DNA of 57,591 nt, the filler included, from Sphacelaria rigidula (Eukaryota): the NCBI GenBank assembly GCA_964200075.2. It is 6 parts of 6 records of this genome, joined end to end, with 100 filler letters (N's around TTAATTAATTAA, not from the genome) between each part and the next. Parts side by side here need not be neighbours in the genome. Positions count along the whole stretch, not along the records: positions 9,617 to 19,132 come from CAXNAA020008316.1; positions 19,233 to 28,748 come from CAXNAA020008317.1; 4 more parts are not named here. The stretch is one strand, 5' to 3'. Shown in pieces: positions 12,202 through 23,365 of the stretch. Position numbers and translations under genes: made by a program. Under the pieces are notes generated by a model, which was not told where the DNA came from, did no database searches, and was given only the letters and a program-made list of their open reading frames with translations. Position 1 is the first letter of the stretch. Each line of letters begins with the position of its first letter.

Positions 12202-12564
12202 CTGTGTGGACAAATTCCATAAGTGCCGGGAGCCGGAAGACAACAGAAAATGAGGTGGGAGCGGAATGAGGTGTAAGTTGGGAGTAGTGTGAAGTCCGTG
12301 TTTTTTTTGCTCCTCCTCCTCCTCCTCCTCCTCCTCCTCCTCCTTCTTCATCTATTTCGTTCGTACAGTATACACTGTCTTCCCCTCATCATTCATTTTT
12401 TTCCCCTCTCTTGAGTTTCGGGCAAGTGCCCCCATTTACATACCTCAGGTACGTCTATCTTATCACCACAGCTGGGTTCGAAGCGGAGCAGTTTAGGATG
12501 TGCTTCCATCGGCGGCGAGAAGTGGTTGCTGAGTGGTAACATTCGTTTTCTTCATATTAATCTT

Positions 12565-12566
<2 letters not shown>

Positions 12567-12630
<64 letters not shown>
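12567..12630. repeat. (CT)n microsatellite in PPTase intron 5
   Basis: Directly visible. Confidence 0.95.
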
Positions 12631-12786
12631 AGTATTCGACGACCACCCACGACTCGCGCATTTTCGCACTCCCGAATGCGTTCACCGCCAAGCCGAGATG
12701 GTGCGTACAAAAAATCGTAGGTGCGTACTTTCATAGTTTATAGTCATCAGTGACGGCGATATTTGTCCGTGCTGTGCTGTACTCAC

Positions 12787-12905
12787 CTCCTGATAGCTTC
12801 CCATTCTTTGGCAGTGAAGTGGTCCGTGAAGTAGCGCAGGTATTCTTCGGCAGTGTCGTTCGTATTTCTTCGTCTTCCGGCGGTATCTACGATGTCAACA
12901 CCGCA
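12787..12905 (-). CDS. AASDHPPT: PPTase exon 5 (catalytic GVD motif)
   Basis: CAG|CGVDIVDTAGRRRNTNDTAEEYLRYFTDHFTAKEWEAIR-AG|GTGAGT; 119 nt, phases 0 and 2. Confidence 0.9.
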
Positions 12906-12999
12906 CTGGCGAAAATGGGAAGAAGACGAAGAGAGGAGAGAGTGAGATGCTGAGAACAAAGAGACAGACAGAAACAGAGACAGAAACACAGAGACAGAA

Positions 13000-13003
<4 letters not shown>

Positions 13004-13038
<35 letters not shown>
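13004..13038. repeat. (GA)n microsatellite in PPTase intron 4
   Basis: Directly visible; forms a (TC)n pyrimidine tract on the sense strand. Confidence 0.95.
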
Positions 13039-13041
<3 letters not shown>

Positions 13042-13269
13042 AAGACGAAAATGATGAAACGCGAAAGGGTAGTACGAACACCATCTTGGCAAGCGATTGT
13101 TCTGTCGATAGATATTTCTACATCCGGCGAAAAACCAACCGTTTATTTATATCTTCAACGTCAGCGACGGTCGCAACAAGATCCCGAAACCTTTGCCACC
13201 CTGCGAGTGCAGCACAGCCAGGCAGGGTGGGATTCAACACACCGGTAAGCCGTGGCTCCGACGTCTTAC

Positions 13270-13401
13270 CAAACACACCGGCTCCGACGCAATCGCCACG
13301 AACTTTCCGTGGTGAGATACATTGAAGTTCCAGTTGCGCATTCGTTGTGAAGCCGTGCCGTCGAGCAGAGCCCGTCCCACCCCGGCGAAGTAGGGCTTGT
13401 T
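13270..13401 (-). CDS. AASDHPPT: PPTase exon 4 (KP and FNVSH motifs); this frame is absent from the ORF track
   Basis: Manual translation: CAG|NKPYFAGVGRALLDGTASQRMRNWNFNVSHHGKFVAIASEPVCL|GTAAGA; 132 nt, phases 0 and 0. Confidence 0.92.
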
Positions 13402-14744
13402 CTGCCACAATGAGAAAAAAAAACTCCTTCAGTTACATGAAAAAAGAGGGCGGGAGCATTTTTTTCCGCACTTCAAAGTTCGTGCTTCTGGTTGGGGATA
13501 TGCAGCGAAGCAGACCATTTCAATACGCGTCGTACATACTGAAACTACTACACGAACTATACAGTAAGGCGTGGCTTTTGCCAACGAATGAAACATGCTT
13601 AGCACGCCCCACAAAACACCACACCACAGAGCGAGTAACGGAAGAAGAAAACGGCGGAAATTCCCCTCAATTTTTCAGTGTTTAGCCGAAACAATGATAA
13701 TCCGAGGTATAGCCCGGGATAATACAGTACGACCTAGTCGTTGTTTTCCTTGACGTGCTCGTATGATTATTTTCATGGGAGAGTAAGTCCTCGTTCGACG
13801 ACGCTCTTACTGTCACCGTCGACACACCATCTATACACGGTTGGCCTCACGTACAAACATGGTTGAGAACTACGGTTAGTAATGTATTCGTCCGGTTTCT
13901 CGGGCACGTGGTCGCAGTGTATGTGGAGACCCCAGGAGAGCGGAAGTATACCGTGTTGGACAGCCTTAGCCCAAGGGCCGGAATGCCTCAGCCCGAGGGA
14001 ATGTTGAGTGTTGCATTGTTGTGTGTCGATCACATCGGCATGGAGAGAATGAAAACACCGACGCGCAGATATAGATACACACGCGTGCGCGTGCGCTGCA
14101 CACTGTCCTCACCCTAAGAGGCATGCACAAACTACCTCTGAAAAACAACTTGAGGGTAACAAGTGGAAAATCTGAATACACGAAAAGCTACCGGTGCTGT
14201 GGCGTAGAGAAAGAGAGGCGACACGCAGCAAACGTAACACGGCCGATAGGCAGGTAATCAGCGATGGTACAAGCAACCATCGGATTGTGACGGACTCGAA
14301 AGGATTTTCAAAGGCTGGCCTGCAATAGTGCTCGAGTTAGACGTTGAAATTCGAAGCATGCTTCGAGTATTCATGCTGCAACTGATCATCATGTGGCTCT
14401 CGCACACATATACATATACTCGTCATACTTCGAACCCCTTCACCTCTCCTCGGGTCAAGTCCGTAGTCTCGAGATATTCACCGCATATTTCTCTTGGAAC
14501 CTTCTTTGCAATTTATCATCGAACAATGAATCGTGATTATCAGCAGCACCGCCATCCGTTGAGCTTGATCGACTTTTCGTCAACTCCTGTTCTACGCTTT
14601 TCTAGGACGGAAATCCGTAAATTACCCCACTGCTGAGAGGATCCGAAACCATCACTTTGCCCGAACTGGCCGCGTATCCACCGATGTGAACAGCAGGATG
14701 CTGTACACTATACACATATGCAATTCCCTACAATACCGACGTAC

Positions 14745-14792
14745 CTCCGTCGTCCGTCGTATGTCAGCTTCTGAAAACCCCACACCGAAGAC
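14745..14792 (-). CDS. AASDHPPT: PPTase exon 3
   Basis: CAG|VFGVGFSEADIRRTTE|GTACGT; 48 nt, phases 0 and 0. Supplies the IxRT segment that precedes xKP. Confidence 0.8.
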
Positions 14793-15533
14793 CTGTCCAG
14801 ATGATGACGGATACCGCCCGTGGAGGATGTTTTCCACACACAGCAGGCCCCACAGGGTAACAAGAAACGGCCCAAACATAGAAAACATTAGAGACGACAT
14901 GTTGGCAAAAGATACGTACGCTGAACGAGAACAGTGAGCCCGCTGAAGCGGACAGAGAGAAGATACGTTGTCAACTCAAGGCATGAGGATTGTTGTGCAA
15001 ATCTCCGCACAATTTGGAAGCTAGAAGAACAATATATCAAGTCGTAGCGCATGCTGCGCAGTTGGGGATACTGCACAGGAGTTGGCTATGCATTTCTTTT
15101 GCAAAACATCACCCGGCTTGTTCTGATCTGTGGTCATAGGATGTAAGTTTATATACGACAACTCGCCCACAGCAATATGGAATCAACCGATCATCTGCTT
15201 GTTGGGAGAGTACTATAATATGAGCCAGTCGGACACTGCACTGCGATGTGCTGCTGTATCGGTGCCTTCGACATAGCCCCCGTTTGACCGCGCGGTATTA
15301 CGGCCACGGAACTCCGGTTGATAAAAAGCTCTGCCAAGTTTTGCTACTACTCAATACTACAGCACGCTGCGAATGAAAAAAATGGCTAGCACATTAAAGT
15401 GCATACAGGAAATGATACCGGGCGCTGTTGTGCTGCCCAAAACAATTGGGGAAATCAACAGGGAATGGTTCGGGCCGAGAAAACAGTGCAGCCCTGCTAC
15501 TCAGTGAGGAATATCACCGTCAAGAATACTTGC

Positions 15534-15656
15534 CTTAGATACGAGGGCCCGCTGCAGTAATCTACTGCCAAGCGCCAGCCTTCGGTCGTTCTCCCTCACG
15601 AACCTTTTTACCCTGGCGCTTTCGGCCTCCGGCAGAAGCGACAGCAGCAAGCTCCA
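15534..15656 (-). CDS. AASDHPPT: PPTase exon 2 (followed by a GC-AG intron)
   Basis: CAG|WSLLLSLLPEAESARVKRFVRENDRRLALGSRLLQRALVSK|GCAAGT; typical N-terminal helix motif of Sfp-type enzymes. Confidence 0.88.
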
Positions 15657-15932
15657 CTGGTTCGTCCCGGACGAGGTTTCACGTACAGTACACGTGAGCA
15701 CTTGAGGAATTCTTATTTTGGCTACGGCTCGCGGGTTATTTTTTCTCCAATTTTAGCACAAATGCTTGAATCCAATTTCTCATCGAGATTAGCACAAACG
15801 ACTGCAGTTCTTCTTTCCTCATCGAGTTCAGCACAAATGCCTACCTGTGAATCCTCAACATGCCGAAAATGTCGGCCTCAAAATCTTATCTGCCAGATTC
15901 TCAGGTGCCACCGCGCACTGTACAACAATTAA

Positions 15933-16957
15933 TCCCTTTGGGACCGGACTTCCAGAACGACCAACGAGGCTGGTTAGGAATGACATGTCTGGCGTCTGCA
16001 CGAAACAGTGGCATGTTGCTAAAAATCCGCGTATGTAACCGCAGGGTTATGGCGAAGACAGAAAGTTTGATCCAATCTATTTTCAGGTGCAGCGTGCGCA
16101 TCAGGTAATGTACATCTGACGTAGCGAGCAGTATGGGTCGCGGTAGAGAGTTTTCAACAGGACGCGGTGACCGGCGGGCCGCCCGCCACTTGTGGCTTTG
16201 GATGATATTATTGTACCCATCACCTTGCCACACAGCCCATTGTGGTCGGGGTGGGCCGCCAGTACCCCCTTTGTTGCATGCGGCAAATTCTCTTCGAAGG
16301 GTATGGGCGTTGCGGCGCACATACATACAGTATAGTACAGTGCAGTACGCCTCTCCGACTGCAGCAGCAGCTGCCGCTGCATACCCCCTCGCACGTTCTG
16401 GCAGTTCTCAGCTACCGAGATCAACTGCCTATATACCGCCCCTTGATCCCCGCCCACTACATATATCTTCACAGTGTTCTGCAAGGCATCGGCAGAGGGA
16501 TAGGCAGAATTCATGACGATAGCTCCTTTTGTCTTTCCACGGCACACCTGGTTTTAGTGCCTCGTGTAAATAATCACACTGTAGCATGTACACTCCTTCC
16601 TGGTTTTCCCCCCTCCACCCCGTGTTAGTGTAATTACTTCGTTTTAATATAGGCTGGCGACCTAAAAAATCTCCCGGGAAATCCTGGGAACGCTATAAGT
16701 GATACGAGAAACCATTTCCCGAGCATCCGGGATTTGCATACCTGGGAAGGCTTATCTCGGCCAGGAATAGGGCCCCCACACTATCTTTGCAGTGGTATCA
16801 CACTCGGTAACAGTCCCCGCGCTGGTCGTTCGGGTCTGGTCGAAAATGTTTGAATTTCGCCTCGCCGTGATTGGGCAGGTCGCTCCCCGACTCATTCTTT
16901 ATTATTTCAGCTACACATGGTCAACCCCGTGTTAGTGGGGGTTCGGTCCCAAAAGGG
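15933..16957. mobile_element. Putative ~1-kb non-autonomous piggyBac-type element in PPTase intron 1
   Basis: TTAA|TCCCTTTGGGACCGGA ... TTCGGTCCCAAAAGGG|TAA. The same terminus occurs at 19019 (after TTAA), at 48281 (before TTAA) and in array unit 21772-21933. Confidence 0.55.
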
Positions 16958-17899
16958 TAAATGGTCATGAAAACGGTGCGATAGCTAATATTCGTCTTGT
17001 GAAGAACTTGTACGGCTAACTTCGAAGCATTCTATTCGGCTGATCACCCACAACCATGAAAAAGCGCACACAATGCCTGTCTTCATTACCTGGACTCATG
17101 TCGATTGGTTATAGTGGTGAGGAGGAGGTCGTGGTGCGGAAAAGGGAATCTTACAATGTTTTGCCATGTGAGTGCGCAGCGGCCAGCGAAGTTTTCGCAT
17201 CGCAAACTACAGCTACCAAAAGGTATGCGTGCATTTGTCCACAAAATGGACACGAAAGGGTATACCAGCAAGGGGGGAAGTTCGAAGGTTCAAGGGTGAC
17301 TAGAAACGGCAACTCCTGAGGCAAGGGGATGTTGTCCAAGGAAAAGGAATATATGTGAGAATAAAAATGGACAAGTAGTAGTGTATCTTGCCGTGTTGCG
17401 TCGGTTTGGGAAAGTCTGCTGGATTGCCCCAAACCTTGAAGCTCTCCCAACAAGCGCCATTTCACACGTGTTCCATTTCCTTTGCAGTATATGTACAGCA
17501 GGGAAACACTACAGTATATTCGTGGCAAAAAACATATGTAGTCCAATCAATGTTCTGCCAACATTTTCTGTTGTGCCATGACGACACCGTGGTGACCAGG
17601 TACCCTACGAGCGTTGAAAAGTCGAAGGATATACCTTTTCCTGACCCCTTCTCCTTTTTGGACGCAGATCGCTTAAAGGTGAAACGACCGGATCGGACAA
17701 CCGCTGTACTTGTAGTGTAGTTCGCCCAAGATGCGCAGCCTGTGTGCAGTAGGTCATCGCGAAAACGAGTGGATATACCGTCTGCTCTTTTCGGTATCTA
17801 CAGCAGACGCAGCCTATGCTGCCCAGCCTAAACAGTTACGGTTGCCGTCTTCATGAAGCAGGGGCATGACAAGGGGGCTGTACGGTGAAGGAGACCCAC

Positions 17900-18040
17900 C
17901 TGCGCCGGCTGGAGATCATCCCACTCGCTGACGTCGAGATACCACCGGTGCAACCCCAACAACAGACACTCACTGCTACTACTTCCGCTACTACTGCCGT
18001 TGATTCTGCTGGTTTGATTCCTCTCCCCTGCCCATTTCAT
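17900..18040 (-). CDS. AASDHPPT: PPTase exon 1; the spliced CDS is 1323 nt (440 aa plus stop)
   Basis: ATG at 18040 with an in-frame stop upstream; MKWAG...GLHRWYLDVSEWDDLQPAQ|GTGGGT. The RWxxDxxxW motif is typical of the AASDHPPT N-terminus. Confidence 0.8.
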
Positions 18041-18302
18041 CCTACTGCCGTGCGGTGTAAGTACCGTGCACACTGGAGATCCAAACCCATGCTACCCCCA
18101 AACTGCACATTCGGAACAGTTTGAGGGAGTTCGAACTCGCCGCTTCTGCGTTCTTCCAGATCCGCATTAGTATCCCGTATCCCACACACGAACTCGCGGG
18201 GACCATATCTTTCAGATACGTACCTACCTCCGAGTCGAGTCAACCTCGATAAAGGAGATGAATACTGCTTTGCTGCCCGCATAAAGCTGCCGCTCTGCCG
18301 CT

Positions 18303-18555
18303 ATGTATGATTTACCGCGGCAGCGCGCGGGGGGCCATCGCCGCACTCGGCGGCCGCGCAGAGATGGTCGCCGGCGAGAATTGGGCTCTGCCCGGACTCT
18401 GCTGCCGGCGGGTGCATGGTTTTGCGTGCTACCAACTCTGTTGCTGTTTATATCCGGGTGCATGACTTGTTTCGGTGGCGATGTGATTACCGCTACGGAC
18501 ATTCATGGAGATGGAGATGGAGGAGAAGGGCGACGAGCAGAAACGTGGATCGTTC
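18303..18555 (+). CDS. Probable first exon of a divergently transcribed gene encoding a signal-anchor or secretory protein; the rest of the gene is unresolved
   Basis: ATG at 18303, Arg-rich N-terminus, hydrophobic segment AGAWFCVLPTLLLFISGCMTCFG, and a strong C|GTAAGT donor at 18556. Confidence 0.5.
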
Positions 18556-19018
18556 GTAAGTGGATCGGCGGCTGCTACAATTGTACATGAATGCCATGGG
18601 TCACGCGAAATAACACCGCCGGTCGATGATATCTTCAACGATTGTTTTAAATATGATCGGTTTTTGTACTTATTTCGTGGGGTGTTTCGGTGAACGGTGG
18701 ATGATAGAGATGAAGTATATCTCCTTTTACGAGCGAATCGAGGTAGCACGGTAATCGTATACCCCGGCGATGCGTTCCCCTGTCAAATACGTACATTTCG
18801 CTGCCGTAGTTTTGACCTGCGCCCTTCCTCAGCACGATTCCGTTGCCCAGTTATCAACCAATCGTCATCGCCGTATGTACCATGCACTTTGCTGATATCG
18901 AGTATTGGATCAGCGTCCCGCAGCTTGTCGACTTCGCTCATGTTGAAAACACTTTACAAACTCACGTGGTGCTCACGTTTCCGGTAGACGGAAACCGGAA
19001 AAATACCGTCGTGATTAA

Positions 19019-19132
19019 CCCTTTTGGGACCGGACCCCCACCAACACAGGGTTGACCCTGTGTTCGTGGAATGATAAAGATAAGTCTTGGAGCGACCCAC
19101 CCAATCACAGCGAGGCGAAATTTATCGACCAG
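19019..19132. mobile_element. Terminus of a TTAA-CCCTTTTGGGACCGG family element, cut by the contig end
   Basis: TTAA at 19015-19018; reverse complement of ~16835-16957. Confidence 0.65.
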
Positions 19133-19232
19133 NNNNNNNNNNNNNNNNNNNNNNNNNNNNNNNNNNNNNNNNNNNNTTAATTAATTAANNNNNNNNNNNN
19201 NNNNNNNNNNNNNNNNNNNNNNNNNNNNNNNN
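19133..19232. other. Artificial contig linker
   Basis: N44-TTAATTAATTAA-N44. Confidence 0.97.
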
Positions 19233-19315
19233 TCCGTCCAGGCATTGTAGGGATGCGAGGTCAATGGTGGTATGACTATGGCATGCATGATCATGAGTAC
19301 ACTCCCTCCCCCCCC
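19233..19315 (+). mobile_element. 3' end of LINE-like family B with C-rich tail
   Basis: Matches 318-390 and ends GAGTACACTCCCTCCCCCCCC. Confidence 0.6.
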
Positions 19316-20964
19316 AAAAAACTGTACGAAGAAAATTATCATAGGGCGCCTGATGTTTGCTTTCAGGCTGCATGAAGCGCCTCATATGGACGACATTGGC
19401 GGAAACGAACCCAAGCGTGGGAATTTCCAGCTGCGCGGGCTTTTCCCATTCCGATTTACGTGTAGGGGAGGGGCGCGATATTGTAGAAAGAGCTGAGACG
19501 ACTCCCCGAACAACGCCCCTCGTCATAGAACAACACACATAATAATTGTGTCATGAATGAGCCGAGGTTGAAGTATGTCACATACGGTACGAACCCATCA
19601 CAACAGAGATATCGGCAGAACTCCTTTGGGAGGACGGACGCGTTATTCCCATAGCAGCCATCGCCGATGGTCGGTCAAGCGATCGTGGGGACAAGCGGGG
19701 ATTGCGTATTGCCATTCCTTCAGGGAAATCGCTGGGAGAACATGGAAGATATCGAAGACCAAAGAACGCGAAGAACAAAACAAAAACAGACACCTACCCC
19801 CAGGGGGAAAAAAAAAAGTAGAAAAAACTGCGTACACATACTTACCGATCGTGATAGTCTCTCGGCTTGGATTCGTGCCGCCTCCCGTTCCCTGGCCAGG
19901 TAACGTTCCTGAATACGGTTGTAGCGTCGACGCACAGTAAGCAAGACAAGTACCAGTGACGAGGAGGGAAGGGGAAGGAAAAATGCGTTCGGGAGCACAC
20001 AGACAACGGCGTATGCCCGAACGTGAGATAGAGAGATGAGGGAGGCGACGCGGCAGTATACCATGTTACTGTGCTAATCCGGACATTACGGGGAATACTC
20101 ACTTGATTGTACTCCTGTGACCGCCTTCGTCGCAGTACGTTTGCCTCTATACATCTGGTATTCCGGTGCTGTGAAACAAAAATGGATGGTGACATTCGTC
20201 CTAGACCAACCGCAACAGTCTCAACAGACACCGTACCCCGTGATGCTGAATATCAAATCTTCTTTTCCCAAGTCTTCCTTTGGGGTTATCCGGTGTAAAT
20301 TATTGTCGCTGTCGCTGTATGAGCACGGACGCAGTATCATAGTAGGGGCCAACCGCGGGAGGCGATGAAAGCAGTACGTAACTTCTGTGGACATTTTCTT
20401 CCATCACAAATATTATTCTTATTCATTAAGTTTGTCCGCATTCCGCGTCTCTGGACGCAGGTGCAACAATTACGGGGCCTGACAGCGCACCATTCCTCTG
20501 AAGTCTGACGCACCAGCGGCCAGTATTATTCCGTTCATGCTCTCCCGTGTTTTTTGGGGGAATTTGCCCTTTATCAACACTTTCCCGTTTCCCTTCGCGG
20601 AATTTGCCCGTTTCTCCGCGGAATTTACTCTTGGACTAGTGACTTCCCTAGCCACCATCATCTGACGTTTCCCTACTCGGAACAACTGCAACCTGTTTCC
20701 GTGGCACTTTTCACATCTCTCTCCACCTTGGAATTTAACGCGCGGAATCCCCAACACCAGTGACGCGCCGAGCCGTTTGACTTTGCCCCCATTAAAATCC
20801 AACGCAACTTATTTCCCCCGAACCAGTGACCTACTCTTTACCCACCGATGCAACGGAACCTCTGTATCCCTCCGGTACCTGTGAAGTTCTCAGCCGTTCG
20901 ACACAGTGGCTTTGGCGCTGGTCAGTTTCATCAGTCAATCCGGAATCTGTGAGTGTGGCTTCTC

Positions 20965-22144
20965 GGATTTTGCGTAGTCGGATTGCCTTGGTCAGAGGAA
21001 GTGCCCGACGCCGGGCACGTTGACAACGCTTACTTCTGCACATCTTATCAGTCGCCTACCTGCTGTACTGCTCTGTATGGCTGTATATGACCCATCCATG
21101 ATGAACAACCGCCGCGGTTAAACAGCTTGACCCTTTGACGGCGAGAGTTAGTCATCTGTTGAATCGGCATCAATTTCACCTGAAAATGTATGCTTGATTG
21201 ACATGACCGATGCTTGCAGTCAAACCGTTAACCCTTTGACCGCGAGGGTAGGTCACCTGCTGAATCGGCATCAATTTCACTGGGAAACATATCATGATTC
21301 AGATGGACTACCCGCATCGCGGTCTGAGGCTTAACCCTTTGACGGTAGTCAGGTGATCGTGGTTGGCGGAGGTGCGCGACGCCATGCATGCTGATAAGAA
21401 CTTCTTCTGCACATCATTTCAGTCACTTACTTGCTGTACCGCTTTGTATGACTGTATATGACCCATGATGAACAACCGCCTCGGTCACGCGGTTAATCCT
21501 TTGACGGCGAGAGCAGGTCCTCTGTTGAATTGGCATCAATTTCACCTGAGAGAGTATTCTTGATTCCGATAACCGACCCGGTCACCTGCTGGATCACGAT
21601 CAATTTCACTGGGGAAAATATGCGTGATCCAGATGGACTACTATACCCGCATCACGGTCTGGGGGTTAACCCTTTGACCGCCAGGGTAGGCCATCTGGAC
21701 CATTGACGATTGAATAAATGATCTATTATATATGGTGGCGGTCACAGGGTTAGATTCTCTCCTAGTATTAACCCTTTCGGGACCGGATTCTCAGAAGCAT
21801 GCGGTTTGCACGCAGCGGCCTTTTTGTGAATCAGCATAATTTTTGCTTGAAAACGAGTGGAAATGATGCCGATTCACAAAAAAGCCCCTGAGTGCAACCG
21901 CTGCATTCTTCAGAGGATCCGGTCCCAAAAGAGTTAGCCCTTTGACCGCGAGGGTAGGTTACCTGCTGAATCGGCATCAATTTTATTTGAAACGTATGCA
22001 TTATCCAGATGGACTACCCGCATCGCGGTCTAAGGGTTAACCCTTGGACGGCGAGAGTAGGTCACCTGTTGAATTGGCATCCATTCCACTTGAAAAGGTA
22101 AGCGTGGTCCAGATGGACTACCCTCCTCGCGGTCTAAGGGTTAA
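20965..22144. mobile_element. Head-to-tail array of about 9 TTAA-delimited piggyBac-type MITE cassettes from several families
   Basis: Units at ~20965-21126, 21131-21227, 21232-21330, 21335-21492, 21497-21665, 21670-21749, 21772-21933, 21938-22036 and 22041-22140. The last eight start with CCCTTTGAC(C/G)G or a close variant (CCCTTTCGGGACCGG for 21772) and end in an imperfect complement. Separators are TTAA, TTAG or TTGA. Confidence 0.8.
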
Positions 22145-22849
22145 CACGACATGTGCGCACATGCACCAGCACACTACTCGTATCAACGTTCTCGTGATTT
22201 TGAGAGTAAAGCGCTGATTGAGAGTAGATTCGATCAATCGCTTCAACTCAGCCAATTATTCATTCCGTGTGTGATGTTCTTTCCCTCCATCACTAGCGTG
22301 TGCTTGCAGCTACACGTCGATATCCTACTCAGGAATATTATGGGCCTCAGTGCCAAGCTACTACAGAAGGCATATTGGGCCTCGTGTACGGGCATTTCGG
22401 AACTGAAACGCATCATTCACTGATTGACCGTTTGTCACTCTCAATCGCATCCTCTACTCTCGATCTCACGAAAATGTTGTTCGGTATATCCACGCATCTA
22501 TATCCGAGCTCACCGAGCAAGCCTTGGCCACTGTGCTCTTGGGGACAGTAAAAGAGTCGTACAGTGAGATGAAGCAAAAATGGCACAGTATTACAGTACA
22601 CACGCAGTTGTAAATAGTGTAGTGGTGTACTATGTTCCAACATCTAATTGCCAGAAAACGAAATTCGTCGCGTTGAATTAAATGATAATAATCCACCAGT
22701 CGTTTTCTGCGTCACGAAGGGCATGAAGGACATTTTGTTTTCAAGTACCCGGAACCAGCTGTGATTTGGTGCCGAACACATGGGGCATACCTATCGATAT
22801 ATGTACGAGGAGTTCAGCCACCAACCAAAGCTTCAACGGAATCGATCAA

Positions 22850-23365
22850 CCCTTTGACCGCGAGGGTAGGTAGGCCATCTGGCTATGATAACATGTTTGC
22901 GAGATTCAGAATGGACTTTGCCTTCGGAACGGGAGGTTTTTCGTTATTTTAAAACAACAAGGCGGTCTAATCGCCCGAAACGGCCTTCACCCCCCTGAAG
23001 GCCCGTGATCTGAAGGGAGTTCAGCGCAGTCAGATATAAAATCGCGGTGACGCCTTCCATGAGATACGGATGGAATGTGCATTTCCCCCCCCCCCCTAAT
23101 TTGGACACATCCTTCCTGATAACTCTGTACTGACCAAGTCTATTAAAAATATTCTTGCACCACGATTCCCGTCAGATGACGGGTTTTCAGCGGGGTGACG
23201 GCCGTTTCGGACGATTCGACCGCGTTGGAGTAAATCACGAAAAACCTTCCCTTTCGGAAAAAAATCCCAACTAATTTCACAAACATGTTTTATGTATTAA
23301 TTTTCCAAGTTAATTTGATGCTGATCAAAGACATGACGTATCTATGCTTGTGGTCAAAGATTTGA
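22850..23365. mobile_element. TTAA-family MITE terminus with a nested ~400-bp inverted-repeat element
   Basis: Begins CCCTTTGACCGCGAGGGTAGG. Arms ~22890-23020 and ~23165-23290 are imperfect reverse complements bounded by AACATGTTT...AAACATGTT. Confidence 0.55.

Noticed and set aside
20965-22144. CRISPR array (palindromic junctions with intervening sequence)
   Set aside because: The intervening units are 80-170 bp, homologous to each other and to solo TTAA-flanked copies. There are no cas genes and the context is eukaryotic.
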